Of a DNA stretch of 64,000 bases, positions 18,937 to 29,306 are shown in pieces. How positions within the stretch are numbered: the stretch's first letter is position 1; the number at the start of each line of letters is the position of its first letter. The stretch is from an uncultured Acidobacteriota bacterium. Lineage in GTDB: Bacteria; Acidobacteriota; Thermoanaerobaculia; Gp7-AA8. The stretch is from assembly GCA_963734155.1 (NCBI GenBank), contig CAVTGG010000017.1, positions 131,705-195,704 on the forward strand. Reading direction: 5' to 3'. A program made the position numbers and the translations under genes. A model generated the notes under the pieces. The model worked only from the letters and a program-made list of their open reading frames with translations, searched no databases and was not told the DNA's origin.

Positions 18937-20016
18937 ATGGCGGACCTGGCAGAACGTCTGCGACAGCTCGTGAACGATCGCGTCGCGCTCGAAAGCAAAC
19001 TTCAAAAAGAACCGGGCGAGTTGTCCGACGCCGCGGTTCGTGAATACGACGGCAGGTATCAATCGCTGCAGCGGCAGCTCTCGTCGATGTTCCGCGAGGC
19101 GGGGAAGGATCAGGAGCGCATCACCATCATGCTGGAGATGATGCGCATCCTCGAGAACCGCCTCGTCTACCTGCAGAACTTCATCGTCGATCCGAGCTCC
19201 GAGAATCGCATCCTCGCGCAGCTGGTGACGAAGTTCATCGATCAGATGAGCGGCTCGAAGAGCAGCGTGCTGACGACGCTCGAGGCGACGTACTACCGCG
19301 CCGTCGCGGCGCTGTACGCGAACGATCTCGGGAAGGCGCGTGAAGGATTCAGCGCCGCGTGCGCGTCCGAGGAGTCGGACGAAGCGAACGACATCAAATA
19401 CAAGTCGTACGTGATCCTCGGCCACTTGTCGCACGAGGAGCGCGACTACGCGAAGGCGAAGGATCTCCACGATCAATCGCTGCGCTACTCGCCGAACGAC
19501 AACGTCACCGCGCAGGCGCTGGCGCTGAAGGCGCTGAACTCCTACGCGCTGCAGGATCACGACGACGCGCTGCATCTCTTCAACGAAGCGCTGCAGCTGT
19601 TCGACGAGCAGAAGCCGTTCTTCAACTCGTACTTTTTCCGCAACGCGCTGCTGTTCTGCGGCGCGATCCATTTCGATCGCCGCGCGTACGCCGAGGCCGA
19701 GGAGTTTTATCGCCGCGTCGTCGAGAACGTCGATCAGAGCTCGTTCGATTACTTCGACGCGCTCTCGCACCTCGGGCGCATCCGTTACACGCAGGAGCGG
19801 TACGCCGAGGCCGTCGACTCGTTCGAGAAAGCCGTGCAGACGCATCGCTTCAGCGAGAACGAGTACGTCGTCGACACCTGGTTCTGGATCGCGCGCTGCC
19901 ACCTCCGCCGCAACGACTCCGCGGAAGCGCGAAAATATCTCGAGAAAATCGCCGCGACCGACGTGCGGTATGACAAGAAGCCGCAGGCGGTCGAACTGCT
20001 TCAGCGAATCGCGTGA
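18937..20016 (+). CDS. Tetratricopeptide-repeat protein
   Basis: Multiple TPR-like helices, for example YYRAVAALYANDLGKAREGF and YKSYVILGHLSHEERDYAKAKDLHDQSLRYSP. Confidence 0.7.
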   Translation: MADLAERLRQLVNDRVALESKLQKEPGELSDAAVREYDGRYQSLQRQLSSMFREAGKDQERITIMLEMMRILENRLVYLQNFIVDPSSENRILAQLVTKFIDQMSGSKSSVLTTLEATYYRAVAALYANDLGKAREGFSAACASEESDEANDIKYKSYVILGHLSHEERDYAKAKDLHDQSLRYSPNDNVTAQALALKALNSYALQDHDDALHLFNEALQLFDEQKPFFNSYFFRNALLFCGAIHFDRRAYAEAEEFYRRVVENVDQSSFDYFDALSHLGRIRYTQERYAEAVDSFEKAVQTHRFSENEYVVDTWFWIARCHLRRNDSAEARKYLEKIAATDVRYDKKPQAVELLQRIA

Positions 20017-20025
20017 AACCCCTCG

Positions 20026-20125
20026 GAACGCCGCCGTCCCCGGCGGCTGGTCCGGCGGCGTCCCGCCGCCGCGTGGCGCCGAGACGGCGCCTGACCAGCC
20101 GGCGAGACGCCGGCGTTCCGATGCT
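20026..20125. mobile_element. Palindromic MITE/RPE-like element (family 1), intergenic copy
   Basis: cggaacgccgccgtccccggcggctggtc ... gaccagccggcgagacgccggcgttccga. It is the reverse-orientation near-identical match of 13108-13220. Confidence 0.75.
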
Positions 20126-20130
20126 TAACG

Positions 20131-20547
20131 ATGATGATTGAAGACTTCGAACGACAGGTAATCGCCGGCCTGCTGGCGGGCGACCATCCGCTGCTGGCGG
20201 CGCTGCGCGCGCAGCACGCCGCGGCCTCCGTGCGCGACCGCGAAGTCAACACGCGCGGCTTCGTCACGCGCTTCGATGTGCCGGCGTCGGCGAGTGCGAT
20301 CGATCGCAAGCTCCTGCACCTCGATGACCTGCAGATCGAGCTCGACGGCGTGAAAACGCCCGTCGACGCTTCGTTGCACGTCCTCAACGGGCGGATCAAA
20401 TCGCTCGAGTGTTTCGTCTACGACGGCGCGTTTCCGGAATCGCCGTCGATCAAAGCGGCGTGGTACTACGGGACGAAAAAGTATCCCGGCATCACGCGGG
20501 AGCTGATGGCGGAGCGGGACTTCGAAGAGCTGCTGGAAGAGGATTGA
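20131..20547 (+). CDS. Hypothetical cytoplasmic protein
   Basis: High-GC3 ORF MMIEDFERQVIAGLL...KYPGITRELMAERDFEELLEED with no recognisable domain. Confidence 0.5.
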   Translation: MMIEDFERQVIAGLLAGDHPLLAALRAQHAAASVRDREVNTRGFVTRFDVPASASAIDRKLLHLDDLQIELDGVKTPVDASLHVLNGRIKSLECFVYDGAFPESPSIKAAWYYGTKKYPGITRELMAERDFEELLEED

Positions 20548-20554
20548 GTGTCTC

Positions 20555-20690
20555 TCGTCGTTGCCCTTCTCCCCGCTTGCGGGGAGAAGGTGGCCGAAGG
20601 CCGGATGAGGGGTCGCTCCTCGCGCCATGCGCCGCCCCTCACGCGGCGCTGCGCGCCACCCTCTCCCCGCTTGCGGGGAGAGGGCAACGC
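20555..20690. mobile_element. Palindromic MITE-like element (family 2, CTCCCCGCTTGCGGGGAGA core) between convergent genes
   Basis: Two modules: cttctccccgcttgcggggagaaggtggccgaaggccggatgagggg and its imperfect inverse cccctcacgcggcgctgcgcgccaccctctccccgcttgcggggagaggg. A second copy lies at 49705-49824. Confidence 0.75.
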
Positions 20691-20692
20691 GG

Positions 20693-21724
20693 TTAGCGCG
20701 CGGCGGGCGCAACGACCGTGTCGTTGTAGCGATCCCACGGCGAGAGCACCCAGATCTCGGGACGCTTCTCGCCTTTCCTGATGTCCAGCTCGAACGGCTG
20801 GCCCGCCTCGCCCATGTCGCGAAGGCCGAGCATCACCCGCGCGTCGACCGGCTTGCCGCTCGCCGGATCCTTCGCCGTCACGGTGACGGTGTGCTTGCCG
20901 GGCTTCAACGAGTCGACGGACGGCGTGATCGTCACGTCCATCGGGCGAATGTCGATCGGCATGCGGAACTTGATCGTCTCGTAGCCTTCGCGCGCGACCG
21001 TGACCATCGGAGCGGCCAGCTCGTCGTGGCCGTTCGCGGCCTTCACGCGCGTCAGCTTCGCCTTCCACGGCAGCGCGTACGACGACGTCGGCGTGCCGTC
21101 CGGAACGTCTTTCGCGTAGAGGATCTCGTCGCCGACGGTGATCGATGCTTTCACCGGGATGTGCGTTTCTTTGTCGAGCGCGTAGATGACGAGCTTTCCG
21201 TCGAAGTCGGGCGGAATGCTCTTCGGCGTCACCGTGAGGTCGAACTGCCGCAGCCCCTGCGACGCCTGCGGCTTCGCGGCGATGCACGCCTTCGCCTCGT
21301 CCCACGCCTTCCACGAGTTGAGATCGATGCCGCTGACGTACGTGCGCATCATCAGAAAGCACTGCTCGTAGTCGCTCTTCTCTTTGAACTGATCGCAGAT
21401 CGCCATCGACTGCGTGAGCACGACGTCATTGCAGAACATGTTCGTGTTGCCCGGCGTCGCGTAGCAGGCGGCGAGCTTCGCGCAGTACGGCTTGAGCTCT
21501 CCGAGCAGCTGGTCCCAGTGCGCCTCGATCCACTGCTCGCTCATGTGCGTGTACGACTGCATGCGCGCGCCGGCCATGCCCAGCTCAGTGCGCTTCCACG
21601 ACGCGCAAAGGCTGCCGATTTCGCAATCGGTGCGTTTGTAATCGTCCGGGAAAATCTGCGGCGTGGCGGCCTGCAGCGACGTGGCGAGGACGAGGAGTAA
21701 GAGTACGGAGAGCTTTTTGAGCAT
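20693..21724 (-). CDS. Hypothetical secreted Cys-rich protein
   Basis: Signal peptide MLKKLSVLLLLVLATSLQA, about 10 Cys in the N-terminal half and a beta-rich C-terminal half. Confidence 0.7.
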   Translation of the reverse strand: MLKKLSVLLLLVLATSLQAATPQIFPDDYKRTDCEIGSLCASWKRTELGMAGARMQSYTHMSEQWIEAHWDQLLGELKPYCAKLAACYATPGNTNMFCNDVVLTQSMAICDQFKEKSDYEQCFLMMRTYVSGIDLNSWKAWDEAKACIAAKPQASQGLRQFDLTVTPKSIPPDFDGKLVIYALDKETHIPVKASITVGDEILYAKDVPDGTPTSSYALPWKAKLTRVKAANGHDELAAPMVTVAREGYETIKFRMPIDIRPMDVTITPSVDSLKPGKHTVTVTAKDPASGKPVDARVMLGLRDMGEAGQPFELDIRKGEKRPEIWVLSPWDRYNDTVVAPAAR

Positions 21725-21730
21725 CGCGTC

Positions 21731-22861
21731 TTAGTGAAACCGCGTCACTACGAACGCAATGTCGTCCCGGAATTCTTCCGTGGTGGCAAACTCGCTGATG
21801 TCGGCGTAAATCGCGTCGTACATCGTCGAGAGATCGGCGTCGGCGTTGCGCTCAATCAGCGACGCGACGCGGTCGATCGAATAGAACGTGCCCTCGAGGT
21901 TGCAGCGATCGGTGAGACCGTCGGTGTGGACGAACAGCGTGTCGCCCGGCGAGACCATGAGGGAGTGCTCTTCGAATGGCATGTTCGGCATCGCGCCGAG
22001 GAGATTGCCGGGCTGTTCGACGATCTGCGTCGTGCCGTGCTCGCGCCGATAGAGGAGAAACGGCGGATGCGCGGCGTTCGTGTAGACGAGCCGCATGTCG
22101 CTGTTCATCCGGAAAAACGCCGCGGTCGCGAACTGCGTCGGCAGGCTGACGCTGAAGAGAAAGTCGTTCAATGCTCCCATGAACCGCGCGAGCGATTGCT
22201 CCGCCGCGGCCTCGGTGTGGATGTAGCTCTTCAGCATCGACACGAGGATCGCCGCCGGCAGTCCGTGGCCGGACACGTCGGCCACGAAGAGATAGAGCAT
22301 GCCGTCCTGCAGGAAGTAGTCGTAGAAATCGCCGGAGAGCGTTTCGCTCGGGATGTACGCCGAGCGGATCTCGATGTGCTCCGACGTGAACGCGCGCTGC
22401 GGCATCAGCGCTTCCTGCACGCGCCGCGCGATCTGCAGGTCGCGAACCATCTGGTCGTTCATGCGCCGCAGCTGATCCTGATACGCCTTCATGCGCAGCA
22501 GCGCGCGCAGCCGGGCCGTGAGCACCTCGGTGTCGGAGCCTTTGGTGACGAAGTCGTCCGCGCCCGCGCCGAGGCCTTCGACGACGTGCTGTGCGGAATC
22601 GGAGCCGGTGAGCATCAGCACGGGGATCGTGCGCAGCTGCGGATCGCTCTTCAACTGGCGTGTGACCTCGAACCCGTCCATTCCGGGCATGCGATAGTCG
22701 ATCACCATCGCGTCCGGCATCAGCTGCCTCGCGAGTTGCAGCCCTTCTTCGCCCGAAAGCGCCGTCACCGCGTCATACCCGCGGCGCTCCAGGAACCGCT
22801 TGGTTACCTGAACATCATTCGCGTTGTCGTCAACGACGACGATTCGCTCGCGCTTTTCCAT
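21731..22861 (-). CDS. Response regulator receiver domain fused to a PP2C/SpoIIE-type (RsbU-like) phosphatase
   Basis: Receiver VVDDN...D...LMLTG...K, then PP2C SGDFYD...VADVSGHG...HTDGL. Confidence 0.85.
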   Translation of the reverse strand: MEKRERIVVVDDNANDVQVTKRFLERRGYDAVTALSGEEGLQLARQLMPDAMVIDYRMPGMDGFEVTRQLKSDPQLRTIPVLMLTGSDSAQHVVEGLGAGADDFVTKGSDTEVLTARLRALLRMKAYQDQLRRMNDQMVRDLQIARRVQEALMPQRAFTSEHIEIRSAYIPSETLSGDFYDYFLQDGMLYLFVADVSGHGLPAAILVSMLKSYIHTEAAAEQSLARFMGALNDFLFSVSLPTQFATAAFFRMNSDMRLVYTNAAHPPFLLYRREHGTTQIVEQPGNLLGAMPNMPFEEHSLMVSPGDTLFVHTDGLTDRCNLEGTFYSIDRVASLIERNADADLSTMYDAIYADISEFATTEEFRDDIAFVVTRFH

Positions 22862-22917
22862 GGCCGATTGCGAAGGCAGATTATGCAGGAATCTGACCAG
22901 CGGTTACCCTTCGCGCG

Positions 22918-23496
22918 ATGAAGCTCATCGTGGGTCTCGGCAATCCCGGATCCGAATACGAGCGCACCCGCCACAACGTCGGCTGGCAGGTGGTCGACGC
23001 GTTCGCGAAAAAGTTTCGCATCGCCGTGGCGCGCCATGAAAAAAGCGCGCTGACGGGAACGGGGCGGGTGGCGGGAGGGAGTGTGCTGGTGGCGAAGCCG
23101 CTCACGTACATGAACCTTTCCGGCGACGCGGTGCGGCTGCTCGTGAACGCGTACGCGGAGTCGACGACGGAGCTGATGGTCGTCTATGACGACATCGACC
23201 TGCCGCTCGGGAAACTGCGCATCCGGCCGAACGGATCGTCGGGAACGCACAACGGGATGCGCTCGATCATCGCCGAGCTCGCGACCGAAAACTTCCCGCG
23301 CCTCCGCGTCGGCATCGGCTCGCCGGAAACGCGGCTGCGCGACTACGTCCTCGACGAATTCACGGCCGAGGAACAGCCGGTCGTCGACCGCGCCATCGGG
23401 CGCGCGGTCGACGCGTTGGGGTTGTTCTGCCGGGACGATTTGCGGCGGGCGATGAACGAGTTCAATCGCGAACTTGAGCCCGATCCGTCATCCTGA
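22918..23496 (+). CDS. pth: Peptidyl-tRNA hydrolase
   Basis: MKLIVGLGNPGSEYERTRHNVGW. Confidence 0.9.
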   Translation: MKLIVGLGNPGSEYERTRHNVGWQVVDAFAKKFRIAVARHEKSALTGTGRVAGGSVLVAKPLTYMNLSGDAVRLLVNAYAESTTELMVVYDDIDLPLGKLRIRPNGSSGTHNGMRSIIAELATENFPRLRVGIGSPETRLRDYVLDEFTAEEQPVVDRAIGRAVDALGLFCRDDLRRAMNEFNRELEPDPSS

Positions 23497-23561
23497 GCCG
23501 CGAAGACGGCGAAGGATCTCAGCCTACGCAGGTTGAGATCCTTCGCTGCGCTCAGGATGAC
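23497..23561. repeat. REP-like compound palindrome (GTCATCCTGAGC ... GCTCAGGATGAC family)
   Basis: Outer stem gtcatcctgagc/gctcaggatgac and inner stem gcgaaggatctca/tgagatccttcgc. A second copy lies at 52758-52831. Confidence 0.7.
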
Positions 23562-23571
23562 GCACTTGGCG

Positions 23572-25350
23572 TCACTTCAGCCGAGGCTTGATGTAATCGT
23601 TCATCACCGCATCGCGCAGCAGCGACGGCGGGAGCAGTCCCTGCGCGAGGATGAAATCGTGATACGACTGGCGGTCGAAATTCTTGCCGAGCATCCGCTC
23701 CGCGTCGGCGCGTAATTCGACGAGCCTCGAGTAGCCGACGAACTACGACGGCGCCTGGCCCGGAGCCCAGAACGTGTAGCGCTCCACTTCCTGCAGCGCC
23801 ATCGCGTGCGAGAGCACGACGTCGTTCTCGAGCACGCGGAAGGCCTCGTCGCGCGACATGCGTCCGAGCTGCAGGCTCGGATCGAGGAACGCGCGCGCGG
23901 CGCGCATCAGCCGATGCTGCAGCGCGATGAGCTGTCCGTCGAGCGGCTCGTACGGCTTGACCTCGGCCTCGGCGTAGAGTCCCCATCCTTCGACGTTCAC
24001 GCTGTTGAACGCGTACAGCACGCGCGCCTGCGACACGCCTTTCTCCATCACCGACGCGAACTGCAGCTCGTGGCCGGGGCGTCCTTCGTGCGCGGTCAGC
24101 GTCCACGACGCCGCCTCGAACGTGAAGTCGTCGAAGCCGATGTCCTCCTTGCCGCCCTCACCCGGGATGCGCAGCGGCAGCACGAACGCCGCCGGCTCGC
24201 CGGTGTTGCCGATGAGGCGCGGCGGATCGACGTGCGGCGCCGGAACCGCGGCCGTTTCGGCGGCGGACCCGAGGCGGATCACCATGTCTCGCTGCGGCAG
24301 CGTGACCAGCTTCTGATCGCGGATCAGCTTCTCGAGATCCTTGATGCGCGACTGATAGTGCGGAAGGATCTTGTCGCCGACGAGCTGCTGTTTTTTCAGA
24401 TCGCGGATGACGTCGCGGTAGTCGCTCGAGGCGAATCCTTTCTCCTTCGCCACGAGCTGCGCGATCGTCTGCATCTCGCTCTGAATCTCGCGGAACGACG
24501 TCTTCGCGCGGCTGATCAGCTCCTCCACCGGCATGTCGTTGCCGCGCTGTTTCAGCTGATAGCGATACTGCTCGTCCGGCAGGCGGAAATCGTTCGATGC
24601 CTTCGGCAGCAGCTCGGTGCGCAGGAAGTCGTTGTACGCCGCGACCTGCTTCTTCAGCTCCGCGAACGGCGCTTCCGCATCCTTCATCTCGTACTTTTTG
24701 ATCAACTGCTCCATCCCGCCGAGGAAGCGGTCGCTGTTGGCGAGATCCTTCTCGAGGTTGTCCTTGAACGGACCGCGCAGCGACGGATTCTTCTTCATCG
24801 CCGCGCGCGTGTACGCCATCGCTTGCTCGGTGAGCGGCGTGTAGCCCTTTTCCAATCCCGTGTACTTGCGGAGGCGCGTCACGATCGCGGGACGCCGCGC
24901 CGGCGCAACGCGGTCGTCGAGCAGCGAGCGCGTGCCGTTGAAGAACATCTGCGAGAGGTTGAAGTACGGGATGTCGTACTTTTCGGAGATCCGCGTGCCT
25001 TCGATGGAGTCTTCGCCGGCATGGATGAGGATCTGGAGATCCTGCTTCACCGCGGGATCGGTTTCCGCCGGCACCTTCGCCTGCAGCTGTTTCACCGCGC
25101 CCTTAAGGGCGGCGATGAGTTTCGCATTCTGATCGAGCGGCAGCTGCGACACCTCGGTGTCATAGCCTTCGACGCCGATCGCCGACGCGCCCTCGGGACC
25201 GAAGCGCGCCTGGATGTCGTTGAGGAGTTTTGCGTTTTGATTACTGCGCTCGACCCACGCGGGCGCGGCGAGCAGCGGAACGGTCACGGCAACGGCAAGG
25301 AGAAGCGCGGAGAAACGGCGATGCAACATGCGGTCGTTGTACGGACGCAC
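23572..25350 (-). CDS. DUF885 family secreted protein (putative metallopeptidase). It has an in-frame TAG at 23743-23745 at a conserved Tyr position
   Basis: Signal peptide. HEGRPGHELQ signature. After the TAG the same frame continues ...FVGYSRLVELRADAERMLGKNFDRQSYHDFILAQGLLPPSLLRDAVMNDYIKPRLK*, matching the DUF885 C-terminus (PGQALSYK...FHD..L). Confidence 0.7.
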
Positions 25351-25388
25351 CCGGCTGCGGTTTCGTCGGCGCGGGATAAACTACAAAT

Positions 25389-26969
25389 ATGACCTCGATC
25401 CACACCCTCGGTGAGTTGCGCGCTTCCGGCTATCGCGTTCGCTCCGTCAAAGACGAAATGCGCGCGAACCTGCTCGCGAAAATTGCGCGCGGCGAGACGA
25501 CGTTTCCCGGCATTCACGGCTACGAGCGCACCGTCATCCCGGCGATTCACAACGCCATCCTCTCGAAGCACGACATCATCCTGCTCGGCCTTCGCGGACA
25601 GGCGAAGACGCGCATCCTCCGCTCGCTCACGGCGCTCCTCGACGAGCACGTGCCGGCGGTCGACGGCTGCGAGATCAATGACTCGCCGTATGCGCCGACG
25701 TGCAAGCGCTGCCGGCGCCTCGCGGTCGAAAAAGGGGAAGAACTGCCGATCGCGTGGATCGGACGCGATCTGCGGTATCGCGAGAAGCTGGCGACGCCGG
25801 ACGTCACCGTCGCCGATCTCATCGGCGACATCGATCCGATCAAGGCAGCGAATCAGCGGCTGACGTATGCCGATGAAGAAGTGATCCACTACGGCATCAT
25901 CCCGCGCACGAATCGCGGCATCTTCGCCATCAACGAGCTGCCCGACCTCGCGCCGCGCATCCAGGTCGCGCTGCTGAACATTCTCGAAGAGCGCGATCTG
26001 CAAATCCGCGGATTTCCGGTGCGGATTCCAATGGACGTCGTACTTGTCTTCAGCGCGAATCCCGAGGATTACACCAGCCGAGGGAACATCATCACGCCGC
26101 TCAAAGACCGCATCGACTCGCAGATCCTCACGCACTATCCGCAGAGCGTCGAGACCGCGCGGCGGATCACGGATCAGGAAGCGTGGCTCGACCGCGATGC
26201 GGATATGACGATCGACATTCCGCCGTACGTGCGCGATCTCGTCGAATCGATCGCCTTCGTCGCGCGGGGCTCGGAGCTCGTCGATCAATCGTCCGGCGTC
26301 TCCGCACGGCTCACGATTGCGGCGCTGGAGCTGTTGCAATCGAACCTCGAGCGTCGCGCGGCGTTGACGCGCGATCACTATGTTTTCCCGCGGCTCTCCG
26401 ATCTGAACATGGTGCTGCCGGCGATCACCGGCAAAGTGGAGATGGTGTACGAGGGTGAGCAGCAGGGTGCGGAAGTCGTCGCGCGGAAGCTGATCGGCGA
26501 GGCTGTGGGGAAGTTGTTTGCGACGAAGTTCCCGGCGATCGAGCGCGCGGGCATCGGCGAACGCGCCGCGCGCGAGAAGCGCTACGGCGAGATCGATCAC
26601 GATGAGCTCGACGACATGTTCGCGGGCCGGCGCAAGAAGAAAGAACCGCAACGCGAAGAGCCGCCGCCGGCGGCGCCGAGCGAAGCGGGATACGAGTCGA
26701 TCCTCGGCTGGTTCGCGGACGGGAACAAGATCACGCTCTCCGACGAACAGCCGTTCGCCGAGTACTTCCGCGAGCTGAGCCGCGTGCCGCGCCTCGCGGA
26801 CGTCGCGCGCAAGTACGCGAGCCCGAAGCGCGACGAAGAGCAGGCGTTCTGGATGGAGATGGTGCTCGAAGGCCTGCACCAGGCCCTGCGCCTGGCGCGC
26901 GAGGACCTCGACTCGACGATCACGTTCCAGGAACTGATGAAGTTCAACGTGCTGCGGACGGTGCGTTAG
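25389..26969 (+). CDS. AAA+ ATPase, Mg-chelatase ChlI/MoxR-like, with an acidic C-terminal extension
   Basis: LLGLRGQAKT Walker A-like, GIFAINELPDL Walker B-like, and sensor region VLVFSANPED. Confidence 0.75.
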   Translation: MTSIHTLGELRASGYRVRSVKDEMRANLLAKIARGETTFPGIHGYERTVIPAIHNAILSKHDIILLGLRGQAKTRILRSLTALLDEHVPAVDGCEINDSPYAPTCKRCRRLAVEKGEELPIAWIGRDLRYREKLATPDVTVADLIGDIDPIKAANQRLTYADEEVIHYGIIPRTNRGIFAINELPDLAPRIQVALLNILEERDLQIRGFPVRIPMDVVLVFSANPEDYTSRGNIITPLKDRIDSQILTHYPQSVETARRITDQEAWLDRDADMTIDIPPYVRDLVESIAFVARGSELVDQSSGVSARLTIAALELLQSNLERRAALTRDHYVFPRLSDLNMVLPAITGKVEMVYEGEQQGAEVVARKLIGEAVGKLFATKFPAIERAGIGERAAREKRYGEIDHDELDDMFAGRRKKKEPQREEPPPAAPSEAGYESILGWFADGNKITLSDEQPFAEYFRELSRVPRLADVARKYASPKRDEEQAFWMEMVLEGLHQALRLAREDLDSTITFQELMKFNVLRTVR

Positions 26970-26999
26970 GGCGGCCCGCGAAGGCCGCCCCTAACAGCG

Positions 27000-28805
27000 T
27001 CAGTGCTGCATGCGCAGTGGATCCTCGAAGATGAAGAAGAAGCAGGGCTGATTGAGCAGTTGCGCGAGCGACTGCTGCCGGCGCAGCAGATCGTTGAACG
27101 AACGATTCACTCCTTCGCCCGCCGGATCCGGAACGGTGATGCCGGTGAGGAACCCCGACAGCGTTCCGGTCTGGCTCACGTGCGTGAAGACGGCTCCGGT
27201 CTCGTCGCGGTGGCAGGAGTTGCACGTATTCAGGGAGAGGTGGTGCCGCAGATTGGCCTGCGGCGGACCGACGATTGTGGCGCTCGGCTGCGGCGCCGGG
27301 CCGTCCCAGCGCATCTTGCCGAGGCTTCCGGCGCTCGGGACTACCGGCGCGGCGCCGCCGAGGAACGGGTTGCCCGCGAAATCATCGGGAACGACGTGCT
27401 TGTCCTGCACGATGAGCGCCGCGTTCGCGTTGGTGTAATCGGCAAGCGTCTGCGTCTGATTGAGGGTGATGTCCGGCGTCTGCTTCACCGTGTCCTCGAA
27501 CAGATGGCCGGTGGTCGACGAAAGCCGGAACTCGCGCAGCTCCCACGGCGACGTGAGTGCGATCTCGTTCGTGCGCAGCTGATTGAGCGAGCTGTGATTC
27601 GGAGTCTGCGCCGGATTGGTCCCCGCCTCGGTGAACTGGACGGTGATTGCCTCCAGCGCCGCGTTGTACGCCGGCGAGCCGACCGGATTGTTTTTCAGGT
27701 TCTGCCACTGCTGTCCCCAGGCCTTCAGCGAGGGGCAGCTCGGCCGGCGGATGCCGTACTCGAAGATCACCAGGAACGGGCGCGGGTTGCAGTTGCCGTC
27801 CATCAGCGCGAAGACGAAGCGTCCTTCGCCCGCGCTGCCGCCGCCGTAAATCAGGTTCCCGCGCAGATCGATGCGGTTGACGATGGCCACGAGCTTGAAC
27901 GGCGACTTCGCGAGATCGAGCTGGTTGCCGTTGATCTTCGGCCACTGATTGATGACCGTCGAGATCTGCGCGCGGTGCGGCACGATGAAGTCGTTCACGT
28001 TCTGATCGACTTCCCACTTGCGCAGCCACTTCCGCGTGAACGCCGCCGGCTGCAAGCCCGCGCCGGTCGCCATCTCCGACATGAGATGGCCGAACGTCCA
28101 CTTGCCCATCGGCGTGCCGGCGTTGGTGCAGGGGTTGAACGTCCGCTGCGGATCGTTGACCACGCCCGGATCGTTGATCAGCAGAGACGCGGCGGGAACG
28201 ACGGAAGCGGGCGGGACGAACGGAAAGATCGGAATGAACTGACCGGCCTGGATCGGCCTGAGCGCCACCTGAAGACGTTTGTTGTCGGTGAACTTGAGCT
28301 CCTGAACATTCGAGCGGTTCGGAACGGGCGGAATCTCGCGCAGCGATTCGATTTTGCGCTCGTCGAGCTGCGGAATGACGGTCGCCATCAGCTCGCGGCC
28401 GACGAACACCGGAATCTCCTTCGCGCGCAGCACCTGCTCCTGCTGTTCTTTCAGCTGGCCTGCGTCCACGGTGATGAACGCGGAGTGAATGCCGTCGCCG
28501 GCTTTCTCGTCGGGGCGCTCGCCATCGTCGCGGAGCACCGCCTTCTCGCGCTCCAGCTGGATGGTGATGGTGCGCGGCGCGCGCTCGGAACGTCCGAACT
28601 GCACCATCAAGACTGCGTTTCCTTCCTTCGCCGGTTCGCTCAGCAGCCGCACCGCGGCACGCTCGGCGACCGGCGGCGTCATGGTGAGGTCGCGTCTCGG
28701 TTCCGCGGCGATGCCGGCGGTCGGTTGCGCAACCTGCGCGACGACGGCGGCGGCCAGTGCCAAGAGAACGACGATCGTGAGAATGATCACGGGCCTCTGT
28801 TTCAT
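27000..28805 (-). CDS. Hypothetical secreted protein with a C-terminal CxxCH motif
   Basis: Signal/TM MKQRPVIILTIVVLLALAAAVVA. Single CNSCH motif near the C-terminus. No other domains recognised. Confidence 0.65.
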   Translation of the reverse strand: MKQRPVIILTIVVLLALAAAVVAQVAQPTAGIAAEPRRDLTMTPPVAERAAVRLLSEPAKEGNAVLMVQFGRSERAPRTITIQLEREKAVLRDDGERPDEKAGDGIHSAFITVDAGQLKEQQEQVLRAKEIPVFVGRELMATVIPQLDERKIESLREIPPVPNRSNVQELKFTDNKRLQVALRPIQAGQFIPIFPFVPPASVVPAASLLINDPGVVNDPQRTFNPCTNAGTPMGKWTFGHLMSEMATGAGLQPAAFTRKWLRKWEVDQNVNDFIVPHRAQISTVINQWPKINGNQLDLAKSPFKLVAIVNRIDLRGNLIYGGGSAGEGRFVFALMDGNCNPRPFLVIFEYGIRRPSCPSLKAWGQQWQNLKNNPVGSPAYNAALEAITVQFTEAGTNPAQTPNHSSLNQLRTNEIALTSPWELREFRLSSTTGHLFEDTVKQTPDITLNQTQTLADYTNANAALIVQDKHVVPDDFAGNPFLGGAAPVVPSAGSLGKMRWDGPAPQPSATIVGPPQANLRHHLSLNTCNSCHRDETGAVFTHVSQTGTLSGFLTGITVPDPAGEGVNRSFNDLLRRQQSLAQLLNQPCFFFIFEDPLRMQH

Positions 28806-28871
28806 AAGAGATCCTCCTCATCAGTAGTGACGCGAGGCGCGCGATCGTTACAGTCGCGATAAACTCAAGGC

Positions 28872-29306
28872 GTGACCAAGGTGACGGCCGACATCCCGAA
28901 CGAGCTTTCGCGGCAGATCGATCGGATCATCCGCGACGGTTGGTTTCCCGATCAGGAAACGATCGTGCGCGAGGCGCTGCATCAGTTCGTCGATGCGAAG
29001 TCGTTCCTCGGCGATTCGCCGCGCATGCTCCACCGCTTCGCCGCCGACGCGCTCAACGACTCCAAGCCCGACGTCGCGCTGAAGTTCGTCAACCGCGCCA
29101 TCTCGCTCCTCACGCAGAACAAAGTCACCGACTTTGCGCTCTATCAGGCACTCGTGGAATTGCGCGTGCAGATCCTCCTGGTCATGGGCCGCGAAGACGA
29201 CGCGCTCACTTCGCTCGAAGAAGCGCGCGAGCAGTTGCCGAACAATCCGTCGATCGCGAAGTGGATTGAGAAGCTGAAGAAGAACCAGCCTCGCGGCGAG
29301 GCATGA
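28872..29306 (+). CDS. Small protein with an RHH-like N-terminus and a TPR-like C-terminus
   Basis: GTG start. IPNELSRQIDRIIRDGWFPDQETIVREALHQFV resembles a ribbon-helix-helix. The stop overlaps ATG 29303 (ATGA). Confidence 0.5.
   Translation: MTKVTADIPNELSRQIDRIIRDGWFPDQETIVREALHQFVDAKSFLGDSPRMLHRFAADALNDSKPDVALKFVNRAISLLTQNKVTDFALYQALVELRVQILLVMGREDDALTSLEEAREQLPNNPSIAKWIEKLKKNQPRGEA

Noticed and set aside
23743-23745. TAG recoded as a sense codon (for example a pyrrolysine-like system)
   Set aside because: TAG terminates other genes in the window at positions consistent with protein ends. A simple substitution or nonsense mutation is more parsimonious.
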